Shown piece by piece: positions 9,594 through 20,100 of a stretch of 64,000 nucleotides of DNA (position 1 is its first letter; each line of letters opens with the position of its first letter). The notes beneath the pieces are model-generated. The model saw only the letters and a program-made list of their open reading frames with translations, was not told where the DNA came from and did no database searches. The stretch is from a virus, in IMG/VR virus record IMGVR_UViG_3300035670_010691, positions 1-64,000 of that record. One strand, written 5' to 3'. The translations under genes and the position numbers were made by a program.

Positions 9594-9602
9594 ATATTTA
9601 TA
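9594..9602 (+). promoter_or_regulatory. Putative late promoter motif ATATTTATA
   Basis: Intergenic, 19 nt before ATG 9622. Confidence 0.55.
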
Positions 9603-9621
9603 GTAAATTAAATGATTTATT

Positions 9622-10233
9622 ATGGATAATAAGAAATTAGTAGAAGTAATTAAACTAATTGTTGAAAAAGAAGTAAAAAGACAATTACCGAACTTAATTA
9701 AAGAAGAAGTTTCTAAACAGGTCAAACTTCTAAAAGAAATTAAACCGAGTAAATTAAAGAAAAACTTGGTAGAAGAAGAAGTATATGATCCATTTGAAAT
9801 GGCTAATATGGTTTTAGAAGAAGATAGAGTAGAACAAAAAACAACTTCACCATCATTCTTAAAAGGAAGACAACTTACCAAAAATCCCGTTTTAAACGAG
9901 GTTCTTGCTCAAACCCAACCCTTTACTCACCAACAAAGAAGTAATGGATTGGCGGGTAATTCTTCTGTGTTAGATCAGTTTTCACAATCTAATATGTTAA
10001 ATGAAGAAACTGGTTACGAAGAATGGCCAACTATGAATACCGCTTTTCAACCACAATTTCAAGAAGACCCAAATCAAGTTCGTGTAAATATGAGAGCACA
10101 AATGGAACAACAAATGGGATTGAGTGGTGGTAGTTCAAGAAAAAATGGTCTTGGTGTAACAACAGGCTTGGCTGGTTTAGATAGAATTTTAAATAGAGAT
10201 AATTCGGAGTTAGTAAAAAGGTTTAAAAAATAA
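9622..10233 (+). CDS. Hypothetical protein
   Basis: ORF after the late motif, coupled to the gp25-like gene. Confidence 0.7.
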   Translation: MDNKKLVEVIKLIVEKEVKRQLPNLIKEEVSKQVKLLKEIKPSKLKKNLVEEEVYDPFEMANMVLEEDRVEQKTTSPSFLKGRQLTKNPVLNEVLAQTQPFTHQQRSNGLAGNSSVLDQFSQSNMLNEETGYEEWPTMNTAFQPQFQEDPNQVRVNMRAQMEQQMGLSGGSSRKNGLGVTTGLAGLDRILNRDNSELVKRFKK

Positions 10234-10667
10234 TGGCTTATGTAATTGGTAAAAAAGTTGTTAAAGATACAGAAGATTTTGATTCTTTTGCATATGGATT
10301 GAAACTTCCTTTACAAAGAGGTCAGAATGGGTATTTTGAGCAGAATTTTACCTCATTTGATCAGGCCAAATCAAATCTTTTAAATTTACTTCAAACTCAA
10401 CAAGGTGAAAGAGTCATGCAACCTTTGTATGGTTCTGGTTTACAAAATCTTCTTTTTGAACAAATGGAAGATGGTATATTTGAAACAAGACTCCAACAGG
10501 TTATAACAGATAGTGTAAATTTTTGGTTACCTTATATAACAATCGAATCAATTGAAGTTGAATTAACGGATCAAATGAAAGATGAAAATAAAGCAAATTT
10601 AAAAATTCAATTTACAGTTGGAAACGAAATAGATTTACAAGAAATAACATTTACGGTAAGTGGATAA
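10233..10667 (+). CDS. Baseplate wedge subunit, gp25/GPW-like
   Basis: AKSNLLNLLQTQQGERVMQPLYGSGLQNLLFEQ and WLPYITI match the gp25 family pattern. Confidence 0.85.
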   Translation: MAYVIGKKVVKDTEDFDSFAYGLKLPLQRGQNGYFEQNFTSFDQAKSNLLNLLQTQQGERVMQPLYGSGLQNLLFEQMEDGIFETRLQQVITDSVNFWLPYITIESIEVELTDQMKDENKANLKIQFTVGNEIDLQEITFTVSG

Positions 10668-10671
10668 ATAA

Positions 10672-12705
10672 ATGGCAGAATTAAATTCAATAACGAAAAA
10701 AAGTAATAAAAATAGAGATATAAATTATCTTGCAAAAGATTTTGCATCATTTAGGCAAAATTTAATTGAGTATTCAAAAATTTATTTTCCTAAAACATAT
10801 TCTGATTTTAATGAATCATCACCCGGCATGCTTTTTATTGAAATGGCAGCATATGTTGGTGACGTTCTTTCATATTACATAGATGATACTCTTAAAGAGT
10901 CTTTAATGTTATATGCGGAGGATAGAGATAATGTTATAGCCCTTTCTCAGTATTTAGGATATAAACCAAAAATTACATCACCTGCAATTTGTAAAGTTGC
11001 AGTTTATCAATTAGTTCCAAGTATTGGTTTAGGAAAAGATAACAGACCCGATTCGAAATATTATTTTAGAATTAAGGAAGGGATGGTATTAGAAGGTTCA
11101 GATACGGGTGTAAGATTTAGAACAACTGAACCTGTTGATTTTAATGACCCCGATGAACGAGAAATTACTATTTTTCAAAAAGACGGAAATGAACCCCAAA
11201 CATACCTTATTAAAAAATATGTAAATGCAATTTCAGCAACACAGAAAACAATTAGAAAAATTTTCTCTGATATAGAAAGTTTTGCAAGAATTGATTTACC
11301 TGAAAAAAATGTTATTGATATAACCGATGTTAGAGATTCCGATGGTAACAAGTGGTATGAAGTTCCATACTTGGCTCAGGAAATGGTGTATGTAGATTAT
11401 CCAAATTCTGAACAAAATGATAAAGAACTTTATCAATTTAAAGACTCAGTTCCGAGTATTTTAAAATTAATTAAAACACAAAAAAGATTTGTAAAACAAA
11501 TTAATTCAGACAATACAACTTCAGTAGTATTTGGTGGAGGTAGTGAAGTTACTTCTGATGAGACTTTAATACCAAATTTTAAAAATGTTGGTTTAGGCTT
11601 ACCAAACTCAATAGATAGATTAAATTCTTCTTTTGACCCTGCAAATTTTCTTAAACAAAAAACCTACGGTCAAGCTCCTCCTATAAACAAAGAATTTACA
11701 GTAACTTATTTAGTTGGTGGTGGTGTTCAAAGTAATGTTTCTAAGGGTGAATTAACAAGAATAATTTCAATAGAATATGATGAAGATACCTCAATTTTTT
11801 CTGAAACCGAGTTATCTTTATATAGACGATATAAGAGTTCAATTGCAATTGAAAATGAGACACCTGCCACAGGTGGTAAGGGAGCAGAAACAATCGAAGA
11901 AATTAGAGAAAATGCACTTGCTACATTTGGGTCACAGAACAGAGCAGTAACACGAAAAGATTATCAAGTACGTGCTCTTTCCTTACCTCCAAAATATGGT
12001 GGCGTTGCAAAAGCATATTGTGCTCCTGATGGTGAATTGGATAATAATTCCCCATCTTCTATTTTAACAAATCCAGATCACTTACAAGAATTTACTGATT
12101 TAGTAAAATCATTTGTAGATAAACCTGATAATCAGGAACCGTCTGAGCAAGAAATTAAAGACCAAATTAGAAAATTTTTAATTGGTAAAAAACAAAACAT
12201 AGATGAAAAAAATAATCCTTTTGCAATAAATCTTTATTTACTCGGATATGATAGTGAAAAAAAACTTACAACTTTAAACAGAGCTGTTAAAGAAAATGTA
12301 AAGACCTACCTCAACGAATTTAGAATGCTTACCGATGGTGTAAATCTTTTAGATGGTTTTATTATTAATATTGGAGTTGATTTCGAAATTAGAGTTTATG
12401 GTGGTTATAATAAAAGAGAAGTTCTTATAAGATGTATTAATGAACTAAAGGAATATTTTAATATTGATAATTGGACGTTTAACATGACAATTAATATTTC
12501 AGAAATTGAATTATTAATTGCAGGTGTTGAGGGAGTTCAATCTGTTCCAAAATGTGAAATAGTTAATAAATGTAGTGGAGTTTATTCAGAACATTCGTAT
12601 AATATTTTAGCAGCAACAAGAAACAAACTTGTATATCCATCATTAGATCCATCGGTATTTGAAGTTAAATACCCCGACAAAGACATAGTAGGGAGAGTCG
12701 TATAA
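10672..12705 (+). CDS. Baseplate wedge protein, T4 gp6/baseplate J-like
   Basis: DFASFRQNL, DFNESSPG, LSYYID, LGYKP, GGKGAETIEEIR, QNRAVTRKDY. Confidence 0.85.
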   Translation: MAELNSITKKSNKNRDINYLAKDFASFRQNLIEYSKIYFPKTYSDFNESSPGMLFIEMAAYVGDVLSYYIDDTLKESLMLYAEDRDNVIALSQYLGYKPKITSPAICKVAVYQLVPSIGLGKDNRPDSKYYFRIKEGMVLEGSDTGVRFRTTEPVDFNDPDEREITIFQKDGNEPQTYLIKKYVNAISATQKTIRKIFSDIESFARIDLPEKNVIDITDVRDSDGNKWYEVPYLAQEMVYVDYPNSEQNDKELYQFKDSVPSILKLIKTQKRFVKQINSDNTTSVVFGGGSEVTSDETLIPNFKNVGLGLPNSIDRLNSSFDPANFLKQKTYGQAPPINKEFTVTYLVGGGVQSNVSKGELTRIISIEYDEDTSIFSETELSLYRRYKSSIAIENETPATGGKGAETIEEIRENALATFGSQNRAVTRKDYQVRALSLPPKYGGVAKAYCAPDGELDNNSPSSILTNPDHLQEFTDLVKSFVDKPDNQEPSEQEIKDQIRKFLIGKKQNIDEKNNPFAINLYLLGYDSEKKLTTLNRAVKENVKTYLNEFRMLTDGVNLLDGFIINIGVDFEIRVYGGYNKREVLIRCINELKEYFNIDNWTFNMTINISEIELLIAGVEGVQSVPKCEIVNKCSGVYSEHSYNILAATRNKLVYPSLDPSVFEVKYPDKDIVGRVV

Positions 12706-13763
12706 TGTATTATTTTGTTACTTCATCAAAAGATGCAACCATTTATTTACAGCAACCATCACAGAATACAGGTAGAGATGAAATACTTGAAATTTCTAAA
12801 ACTTATTATGGAAATTTAAAAGATGTTGCTCATTCACTAATTAAGTTTGATACCGACACTCTTTCTACACTTATTTCGAATGGCGAAGTAACGATGTCTG
12901 AAGCAACTCTTATTTTAAGAGAAGCAGAAAGTGATGAAATTCCACTTGATTATACTATTTACGCAAATCCAATTTCTGGTAGTTGGGAAATGGGTATTGG
13001 TACTCGTTTTGATGAAATATCATCACAGGGTGTTACCTGGTCTAATCGTTCAACCAATGTTAGTTGGTTGATTGGTAGTTATGATACGGGTGTAACTGGT
13101 TCATTTGATGGTAAAGGTGGAACTTGGTATACGGGTTCAGAATCTACACAATCATTTTCTTATGAGTCAGTAGATATTTTTATGGATGTTCTTAATCCGA
13201 TGAAAGAATGGTTAAGTGGTTCTCTTCCAAATGAGGGTTTCATCTTAAGACATTCATCTGCTTTTGAAAATGATACAAATGACTACGGTCAATTAAAGTT
13301 TTTCTCAAAAGAAACAAATACAATATACCAACCAAAAATTAGAATTGGTTGGGATGATTCATCATTTAGTACAGGCTCACTTACTGAATTAACTGCAGAT
13401 GATATTCAAGTTACTTTCAAACGACTTAAAACAAAATACAAAGTTAACTCAAAACCTGTTATAAATGTTTTTGGTAGAGAATTGTATCCTCTTAAAACAT
13501 ACCAAAATCAATTTGCGTACAACGATATAAAGTACTTACCATCTACAACTTATTACCAAATTAAAGATGTAATAACAGATGAAGTTCTTATACCATTTTC
13601 TGATTACTCAAAAGTTTCGTGTGACTCTAATGGAAATTATTTTAAATTAAATCTTACAAATTGGGAAACAAATAGAGAATATTATATTGAAATTAAAGTA
13701 GAAAGAGATGGAGTTATAGAATACTTCTCGGATAAAGACTTAACTTTCTTGGTTGAAAAATAA
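12705..13763 (+). CDS. Putative virion structural protein
   Basis: KDATIY...NTGRDEILEI, FFSKETNTIYQPK; five [ST]GS motifs; baseplate operon context. Confidence 0.6.
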   Translation: MYYFVTSSKDATIYLQQPSQNTGRDEILEISKTYYGNLKDVAHSLIKFDTDTLSTLISNGEVTMSEATLILREAESDEIPLDYTIYANPISGSWEMGIGTRFDEISSQGVTWSNRSTNVSWLIGSYDTGVTGSFDGKGGTWYTGSESTQSFSYESVDIFMDVLNPMKEWLSGSLPNEGFILRHSSAFENDTNDYGQLKFFSKETNTIYQPKIRIGWDDSSFSTGSLTELTADDIQVTFKRLKTKYKVNSKPVINVFGRELYPLKTYQNQFAYNDIKYLPSTTYYQIKDVITDEVLIPFSDYSKVSCDSNGNYFKLNLTNWETNREYYIEIKVERDGVIEYFSDKDLTFLVEK

Positions 13764-15172
13764 TGGGTTTAGATAAAGAATTTAGAATCGAGGAATTACT
13801 TAAAAGTGGTTCTACTGCAATTACTTCTCTTGATGAAGATAAGAGACACACGTTTTTTGTACCTTCTCCAAGAGGTGACCGTGATGGTGAAACATCGGGT
13901 TATATTGAAAAACCAAAATATAACGAACGTGAGCTTACAAAGGTTGTTGATACAGTTATAGATGAATTAGTACCACCACCACCGCCACCGCCAAGGCAAC
14001 AATTTGTTTTAAAAAGTTTATACGATCAATTAAGTAATGATTATAATCTTTTGTTAGAACAAATTGCTAATTTGCAAACTCAGGTTAGAAATTTAGAATC
14101 ACAGGTAAATTTACTTCAAAGTGAAAATACAGCTTTACAATCACAAATTCTTTCACAACAAGAAACAATAACATCTTTACAGGCTGTAATTGAATCATTA
14201 ACAGTACAGTTACAACAATCTATTAATGATAAAAATAATTTACAATCAGAAATAAATAACCTCAATATAAAAATTGCGGAATTGAATGCTCAAATAGAAG
14301 CATTAAAAGGAAATATTCAAAATAATCAGATAACTATTTCTTCTAATGAATCAACAATTAGTGATTTAAGAGCAGAAATACGAGAATTAAATAATCAACT
14401 TCAAGCAGCTACTCAACAAAATATTAATTTAGCTGGTTCTTTATCAGAATCAAAATCACAAAACGAGCAATTAAATAGTGGTATAAATCAGTTAAATGTG
14501 GAAAATTCCCAATTAAAAAGTGAAATTGAATCATTAAGAAGGGAAATAACACAATTATTAGAAAGAATTAGACAATTAGAATCTTCACAAGGTTCTCCGT
14601 CTTCTACCCCGACGCCTACAAGAGGTGGTGGTGGTGCAATTAGACCAACCCCAACTCCAACCCCGACAAGAAGAACAGGTGGCGGTAGTCCTGTACAGAC
14701 TCCAACCCCAACTCCAACGAGAACCCCAACCCCAACCCCAACGAGAACAGCAACTCCAACTCCAACAAGAACACCAACTCAAACTCCAGTTGCAACACCA
14801 ACTCCAACGGCAACATATGTTTCCGTAGATTGTATTGAATATAATGTAACTCCTTTACAAGCAATTGGTGGTGCAGTAGAAATTGAATATGTAGATTGTG
14901 GTAATCAACAAAGAAGACAAAGTGTAACTTCTATTATTACATTAAAGGCAAAAAGAAATAGTATTGAGTTTGTAAGTGGATATGGAATAGTAAGTGAAAA
15001 ATTTAATAATTTTTCAACTCCAACTCCAACACCTACACCAACATCTACACCCACACCAACTCCAACTTCGAATTTTGGAACTGGTGGTCAAACAGGGGAA
15101 CAAGGAGGTGGAACTGATACACAGGATGGACTTCCATCTATAAATGATGGTAACACGGGAAGAATAAGATAA
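13763..15172 (+). CDS. Putative virion protein: poly-Pro, long coiled coil, (PT)n tracts and small Cys domain
   Basis: PPPPPPP, ~190 aa of heptads, PTPTPTPT tracts, DCIEY...EYVDCG domain. Confidence 0.7.
   Translation: MGLDKEFRIEELLKSGSTAITSLDEDKRHTFFVPSPRGDRDGETSGYIEKPKYNERELTKVVDTVIDELVPPPPPPPRQQFVLKSLYDQLSNDYNLLLEQIANLQTQVRNLESQVNLLQSENTALQSQILSQQETITSLQAVIESLTVQLQQSINDKNNLQSEINNLNIKIAELNAQIEALKGNIQNNQITISSNESTISDLRAEIRELNNQLQAATQQNINLAGSLSESKSQNEQLNSGINQLNVENSQLKSEIESLRREITQLLERIRQLESSQGSPSSTPTPTRGGGGAIRPTPTPTPTRRTGGGSPVQTPTPTPTRTPTPTPTRTATPTPTRTPTQTPVATPTPTATYVSVDCIEYNVTPLQAIGGAVEIEYVDCGNQQRRQSVTSIITLKAKRNSIEFVSGYGIVSEKFNNFSTPTPTPTPTSTPTPTPTSNFGTGGQTGEQGGGTDTQDGLPSINDGNTGRIR
14596..14812 (+). 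repeat. Coding Pro-Thr low-complexity repeat (approximate bounds)
   Basis: ACN-CCN codon alternation with synonymous variation. Confidence 0.85.
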
Positions 15173-15176
15173 CAAA

Positions 15177-15185
15177 ATATTTATA
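15177..15185 (+). promoter_or_regulatory. Putative late promoter motif ATATTTATA
   Basis: Fills a 16 nt intergenic gap, 3 nt before ATG 15189. Confidence 0.5.
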
Positions 15186-15188
15186 TAA

Positions 15189-17165
15189 ATGGCACTAACT
15201 AACTATAAAACAATAAAGGATAGAAAAGGATTTTATGTTTCCGATGAAGATAGACAGATATTTGAATCGGAAATTATAAAAACCAACTATGGTCTAAATT
15301 TAGATGACCATCTTGAATTTATTTTGTATGATAGTGCAAACAATCAATTACCACAAACAGATGAAGGTTTTTTAGTACGTTATATTCCATTAACAGATGA
15401 GAATATACGAAAATATTTTATTACAACAAAAACAAATTTTACTAAAAAAGCAAATGATTCATTTGAATTTATAGTTGATATTGAAAAATTAGTAAAAGAA
15501 GCTGGATATTCAAATGGTATTTTTAAAACTTCTGTTACAATAGTAAATAGAAGAGTTGGAAATGAAAGCCCTGTACAGCAAGAATCAAAAGATTCATTTA
15601 CAAATAAGTTGTGGATACAGCAAATTTCACCATCAAGGACGGAAATAAGACTTTTACCATTAAAACCAAAAGGAACAGTCCTTCCTGATTTGGAAAAAAG
15701 ATTTTCAATTTTTACAAGAGAATCTCAATTTAGAGACGATACTATTTACTATATTGATGAATATATTGAAAATGTAAAATTAGAAAATATATTAAGAAAT
15801 TTTATTACCAAAAATGGAAAAGTTGAAACAGGTCAAAATTATATAAATTTAATTAGAGAAGAATTTAAAATATATGATTTTGAAGATTTTGTTAGAAAAA
15901 TAAAAGATGCATGGAAATCAACCGTTAGATACTATGTTGAAAATAGAGAGTGGAGAATAAATAGAACGAATTTCGGACAACCTTTAAATACTCCAATAGA
16001 CGTTGAGCTATCAGAAAAAAATTTAATTGAAGTAAGTAAAACATCGTTAATTTTAATAATAGAAAAATTTTTACCGAAAAGAAAACTTACTTCGGAAAAT
16101 ATTCTTACACCTGATGAACAGAAAACTTTTGATGAAGTACAACAGCTATTATTAACATTAATTGATAAAAATAAAGAAGTAGTTTCTTCTGAAATAAAAT
16201 ATACTACTGCAATAGTAAGGGGATGTACTGATCCAAATGCTCTTAACTTTAATGTAGAGGCAAACGAAGACGATGGTAGTTGTAGATATGCATATGATAA
16301 TGTATATGTGACTCCAATTCCTACACCGACGCCTTTACCAACCCCAACGCCATTGCCGACTCCAACACCAACACCTACGCCGTTGCCGTCACCAACTCCA
16401 ATTTTTTCACCAATACCGACTTCTACACCAACACCTACACCAACAAGAACCCCAACACCTACGCCAACGCCGATTACTAAAGTATTCTATGTATGGTCTG
16501 ATGAGGGTGCCGTTGAATATAATGATGCTAATGGAAGAAGACGAAGAGAAAGTGGATTGGAATATGAAAGTTTCTTAGTAACATATACGGAAATAGTAAG
16601 TAAAGATGGTGATGTTAGAGAAGTTCCAAAAGAAAGACCAAGTGCAACTCCAACACCGACACCAATAAATCCAGTAAATGGATTTAGGTTACCTACCCCT
16701 ACACCTACATTTGTAAGTCAGCCTCCAAGAGAAGAACCTACACCTACACCTACGCCTACACCACTTCCAACGAGAACACCGACACCAACACCTACTCCGT
16801 TTCCAACACCAACACCTACTCCGTTGCCAACACCAACACCTGTATTTTACGAATACAGAATTAAGAATTTTTCAGATGTAAAAGATAGAGATGAATTAGT
16901 ATTTTCATTTACTGATTTTAGTGGTAGAAGACAAGAATTGAGTGTGTCACCACAAAGAACTGTGACAGTTTGTGCAAGACAAAATAGCGTTGTAAGAGTT
17001 TCTGGTACGAATGATTTTAATATATCAAAGTTTTCAGAATGTACGGTTATACCATCAACACCAACCCCAACACCAACCCCAACACAAGTTTCAAGTGGAG
17101 GTGGAGGAGACAGTAGTGAGTTTGATAATGTTTTTGATGGAATACCTGTTGAAAACATAAGATAA
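15189..17165 (+). CDS. Putative virion protein with GCTDPNA motif and mucin-like (PT)n tracts
   Basis: LWIQQISPSRTEIRL, GCTDPNALNFNVEANEDDGSC, several PTPTPLPTPTP tracts. Confidence 0.7.
   Translation: MALTNYKTIKDRKGFYVSDEDRQIFESEIIKTNYGLNLDDHLEFILYDSANNQLPQTDEGFLVRYIPLTDENIRKYFITTKTNFTKKANDSFEFIVDIEKLVKEAGYSNGIFKTSVTIVNRRVGNESPVQQESKDSFTNKLWIQQISPSRTEIRLLPLKPKGTVLPDLEKRFSIFTRESQFRDDTIYYIDEYIENVKLENILRNFITKNGKVETGQNYINLIREEFKIYDFEDFVRKIKDAWKSTVRYYVENREWRINRTNFGQPLNTPIDVELSEKNLIEVSKTSLILIIEKFLPKRKLTSENILTPDEQKTFDEVQQLLLTLIDKNKEVVSSEIKYTTAIVRGCTDPNALNFNVEANEDDGSCRYAYDNVYVTPIPTPTPLPTPTPLPTPTPTPTPLPSPTPIFSPIPTSTPTPTPTRTPTPTPTPITKVFYVWSDEGAVEYNDANGRRRRESGLEYESFLVTYTEIVSKDGDVREVPKERPSATPTPTPINPVNGFRLPTPTPTFVSQPPREEPTPTPTPTPLPTRTPTPTPTPFPTPTPTPLPTPTPVFYEYRIKNFSDVKDRDELVFSFTDFSGRRQELSVSPQRTVTVCARQNSVVRVSGTNDFNISKFSECTVIPSTPTPTPTPTQVSSGGGGDSSEFDNVFDGIPVENIR
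16311..16842 (+). repeat. Coding Pro-Thr repeats, two tracts flanking a small domain (approximate bounds)
   Basis: PTPTPLPTPTP arrays seen in translation. Confidence 0.85.
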
Positions 17166-17180
17166 GAAAAATAAAAAAAA

Positions 17181-17189
17181 ATATTTATA
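17181..17189 (+). promoter_or_regulatory. Putative late promoter motif ATATTTATA
   Basis: Intergenic, 4 nt before ATG 17194. Confidence 0.55.
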
Positions 17190-17193
17190 GATA

Positions 17194-20100
17194 ATGTCAC
17201 TAATAGAAGAACCAAATAATCCAGGGGACTTAACAAATACGGATCCCGAAGGAAAAGTACCACAACCTGGTGATGGTAGTGGTAATGACACTATTGTATT
17301 CGAAGGGGATTCAGGTGGAGGTGGTGTACCAAGTCCTACCCCTACCCCAACACCAACAGAGGCTACTGTCGATGCAGGTGATAAAAATGTAATAATTGGT
17401 TTTTTTACAAATATATTAGGTGCAGAAGTATTACAAGATAACCAATCACTTGGTGTTAGTTTTACGCCTGTTGAAGTAAAATATACAACAAAAGAATTAT
17501 TAACACCAAAATTCTTTTCTGTTAGGAAAGAAAATTCAGAATCAACTGATATATTTAAAATTTATACAGTTAAAAAAAGAACTGATTTTAAAAAGAATTT
17601 TGATTTAAATACAACAGTTTTTTTCTATTTTGACATAATTGTAGAGAAATTTATTGAGGGGTCTTTCAAACAGGTTAGAGTTATTTCCCCGTACAGAGAT
17701 GGTGAGTTAATAAACGAAAATAGGGATGAATATTTACGATTAGATTTTAAACTTACACAAGCTCCACCTCCACCGCAAAAGACGGTAAATATTAATTTTA
17801 TTACTAATTTTCCAACATCCAACTTTCCTCTGTCATACAGATTGCCTGATGGAACAACAGGAAAAGTTTCTTCTAAAACAATTAAATATACTTTTAGAGA
17901 TGTTGATTTTGGTGAAGGATTATTGCAACCACAAATTGAAATATATCCAACAGATATATTAACTAATTACGAATTTCCATTATATAGACTTGAATTTTCA
18001 AATGGATTTACTTTAAATTTTCCAGGCCCATCTGCACTTTCAACTCTTACACCCGAGTTGGATATAACATTTAGAATTGAAGCAAAACAAATTCCCCCTG
18101 CTCCTAAAAAAATTAATATTGTTTTTCAAAATGATTTATTTGATGATGAACAATTAACATACAAATTATCAACTGATGGTATAAGACAGTTACCCAATGG
18201 TTCTTCAACTGTAACTTATACTTTAAAAGATAAAGATAATTTTATAACATTTGGTTCATTAGACGGTCCGGGTACTCTTCCTAATGATGTTGCAGTTAGA
18301 TATGAAATTCAAGAAGCTAATGGAAACATAAAGGAATTTAGTACTCCTTATTTTAGTTATAATTTTGGTGATACGGATATAAGGGTAAAGACATTATTTA
18401 CAAAAAATCCACCACCACCACCTATACCAACAAAATTACCACCTTTACCAAAAATTTGTAATGATATAAACGCATCAAACTATGGTCAAGAGGGAGATTG
18501 TGTTTATCCACCACCTCCGAAAAAAATCAAAATTATTTTTGAAAATGATTTGGCAATTGATGATTTGTTATATTTTAAATTGTCAGATTCTGTTAGAACT
18601 CCATTGATAAATGGTAGAACAGAATTAGAATATACTTTAAAATCAACAGACAACAATATTGTCTTTTCAACAAAGACTGGTGGTTCTTTACCTGAATTGA
18701 CTTCTGTAAATTATCAAATTGAAAGTTATTATGATAATGTTACAGAAACAAGACCTGATTTTCGTTTAGACTTAAATGACTCTGATGTAATCGTAAGAAC
18801 TGTTTTAGTTAAAAAAGATCCACCACCTCCACCCCCTACACCGACAAAGGTGGTGACAAGTGTATTAATTAATGTAGATTCGTCTTTAAATCAACCGTTA
18901 GAAATTAGTTTTTCTAATGGACAGACAAATGTATTGAGTAATGGTCAAAATAATTTTGATTACATTTTAAAAGATGGTGGGCCAAACTATTTTAGTATAT
19001 CTAATATCAAAGATTTAAGTGGATATAATTACACACTTCAAATTACAAATGGTAATAAACAAAAGTTTTATGAAAATGAATTAAATATTCTCGAAGAAAT
19101 TGAAGTATCAAAAGTATTTGCGAATATTGAAATTGTTAAAAAACCCGAAACGGTTATTGTATTACCAACTCCAACCCCAACTCCAACTCCAACCCCTGTT
19201 GAAGAAAAGCCAATTAAAATTACAATTACGTCTGATGTAGTTTTGGATGACGCATTGGCGGTAAGATTATCAAATGGGGTGGTTGAGAATATTAGAAATG
19301 GAAGTAAAACTCTTTTATACAAACCAAATATTAATGGTGCTAATTATTTAGAGTTTTTTCCTGTTTCCAACGTTAATTATTCAGAATACTCTATTAGTTA
19401 TTCCATACAAAATGGAAATAAATTAAGAGAAATTAATACATTTGATTTTAAAGAAGAAATAAATAATTCTGATATTGGAATTTTTATAGTTCTAAATAAA
19501 ATTACACAACAACCAAGAGCAGATGAACCAACGTTATCGTTACCTGATGAAATTATAACGTATAATTTGTTTGGTAGTTCAAAATTAGAAATTCCGTTTT
19601 ATTCATTAAATGCAGAATCAATAAGATATTCTATTGGCAATATTCAAAGAGAAATATCACCGGTTTCTCCTATTGTATTAGAAAATTCAGTTTTTAATAA
19701 TGGTGTTGGACAATATAAATTAACAGCACAACCATATTCAAGATTTGGAGGTTCGGGTAAAAATAAAAGTTTAGTCATAAATGTAATACAATCAACTTTT
19801 ATACCTGGTCCTGACATTCAAACAATTAATTATCCATCAAGAATACAAGGTGAAGATTTTGTTGGATTTAATGTTAATTTTGATATTGATTATTCTTCAA
19901 TCAATACAAATTATATTAAGATTTATGTTTCAAAAGTTGATGAATCATTTTTACTTTTAGGTAATGCAAAACCGAATGGTAAGATAACTTTTAATGTTGG
20001 TGAAATACTTTCAAAATCAAGATTATCTTATAATAGAGGAACTGATCAAATTTCATTTGATTTAATTTTAGTTCCTTATAACAATCAAGCGGATGAATTA

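Noticed and set aside
14585-14864. Trp/Gly-rich, Gln/Pro-rich and Leu/Glu-rich alternative-frame ORFs
   Set aside because: Shadow frames of the Pro-Thr repeat, which is naturally poor in stop codons
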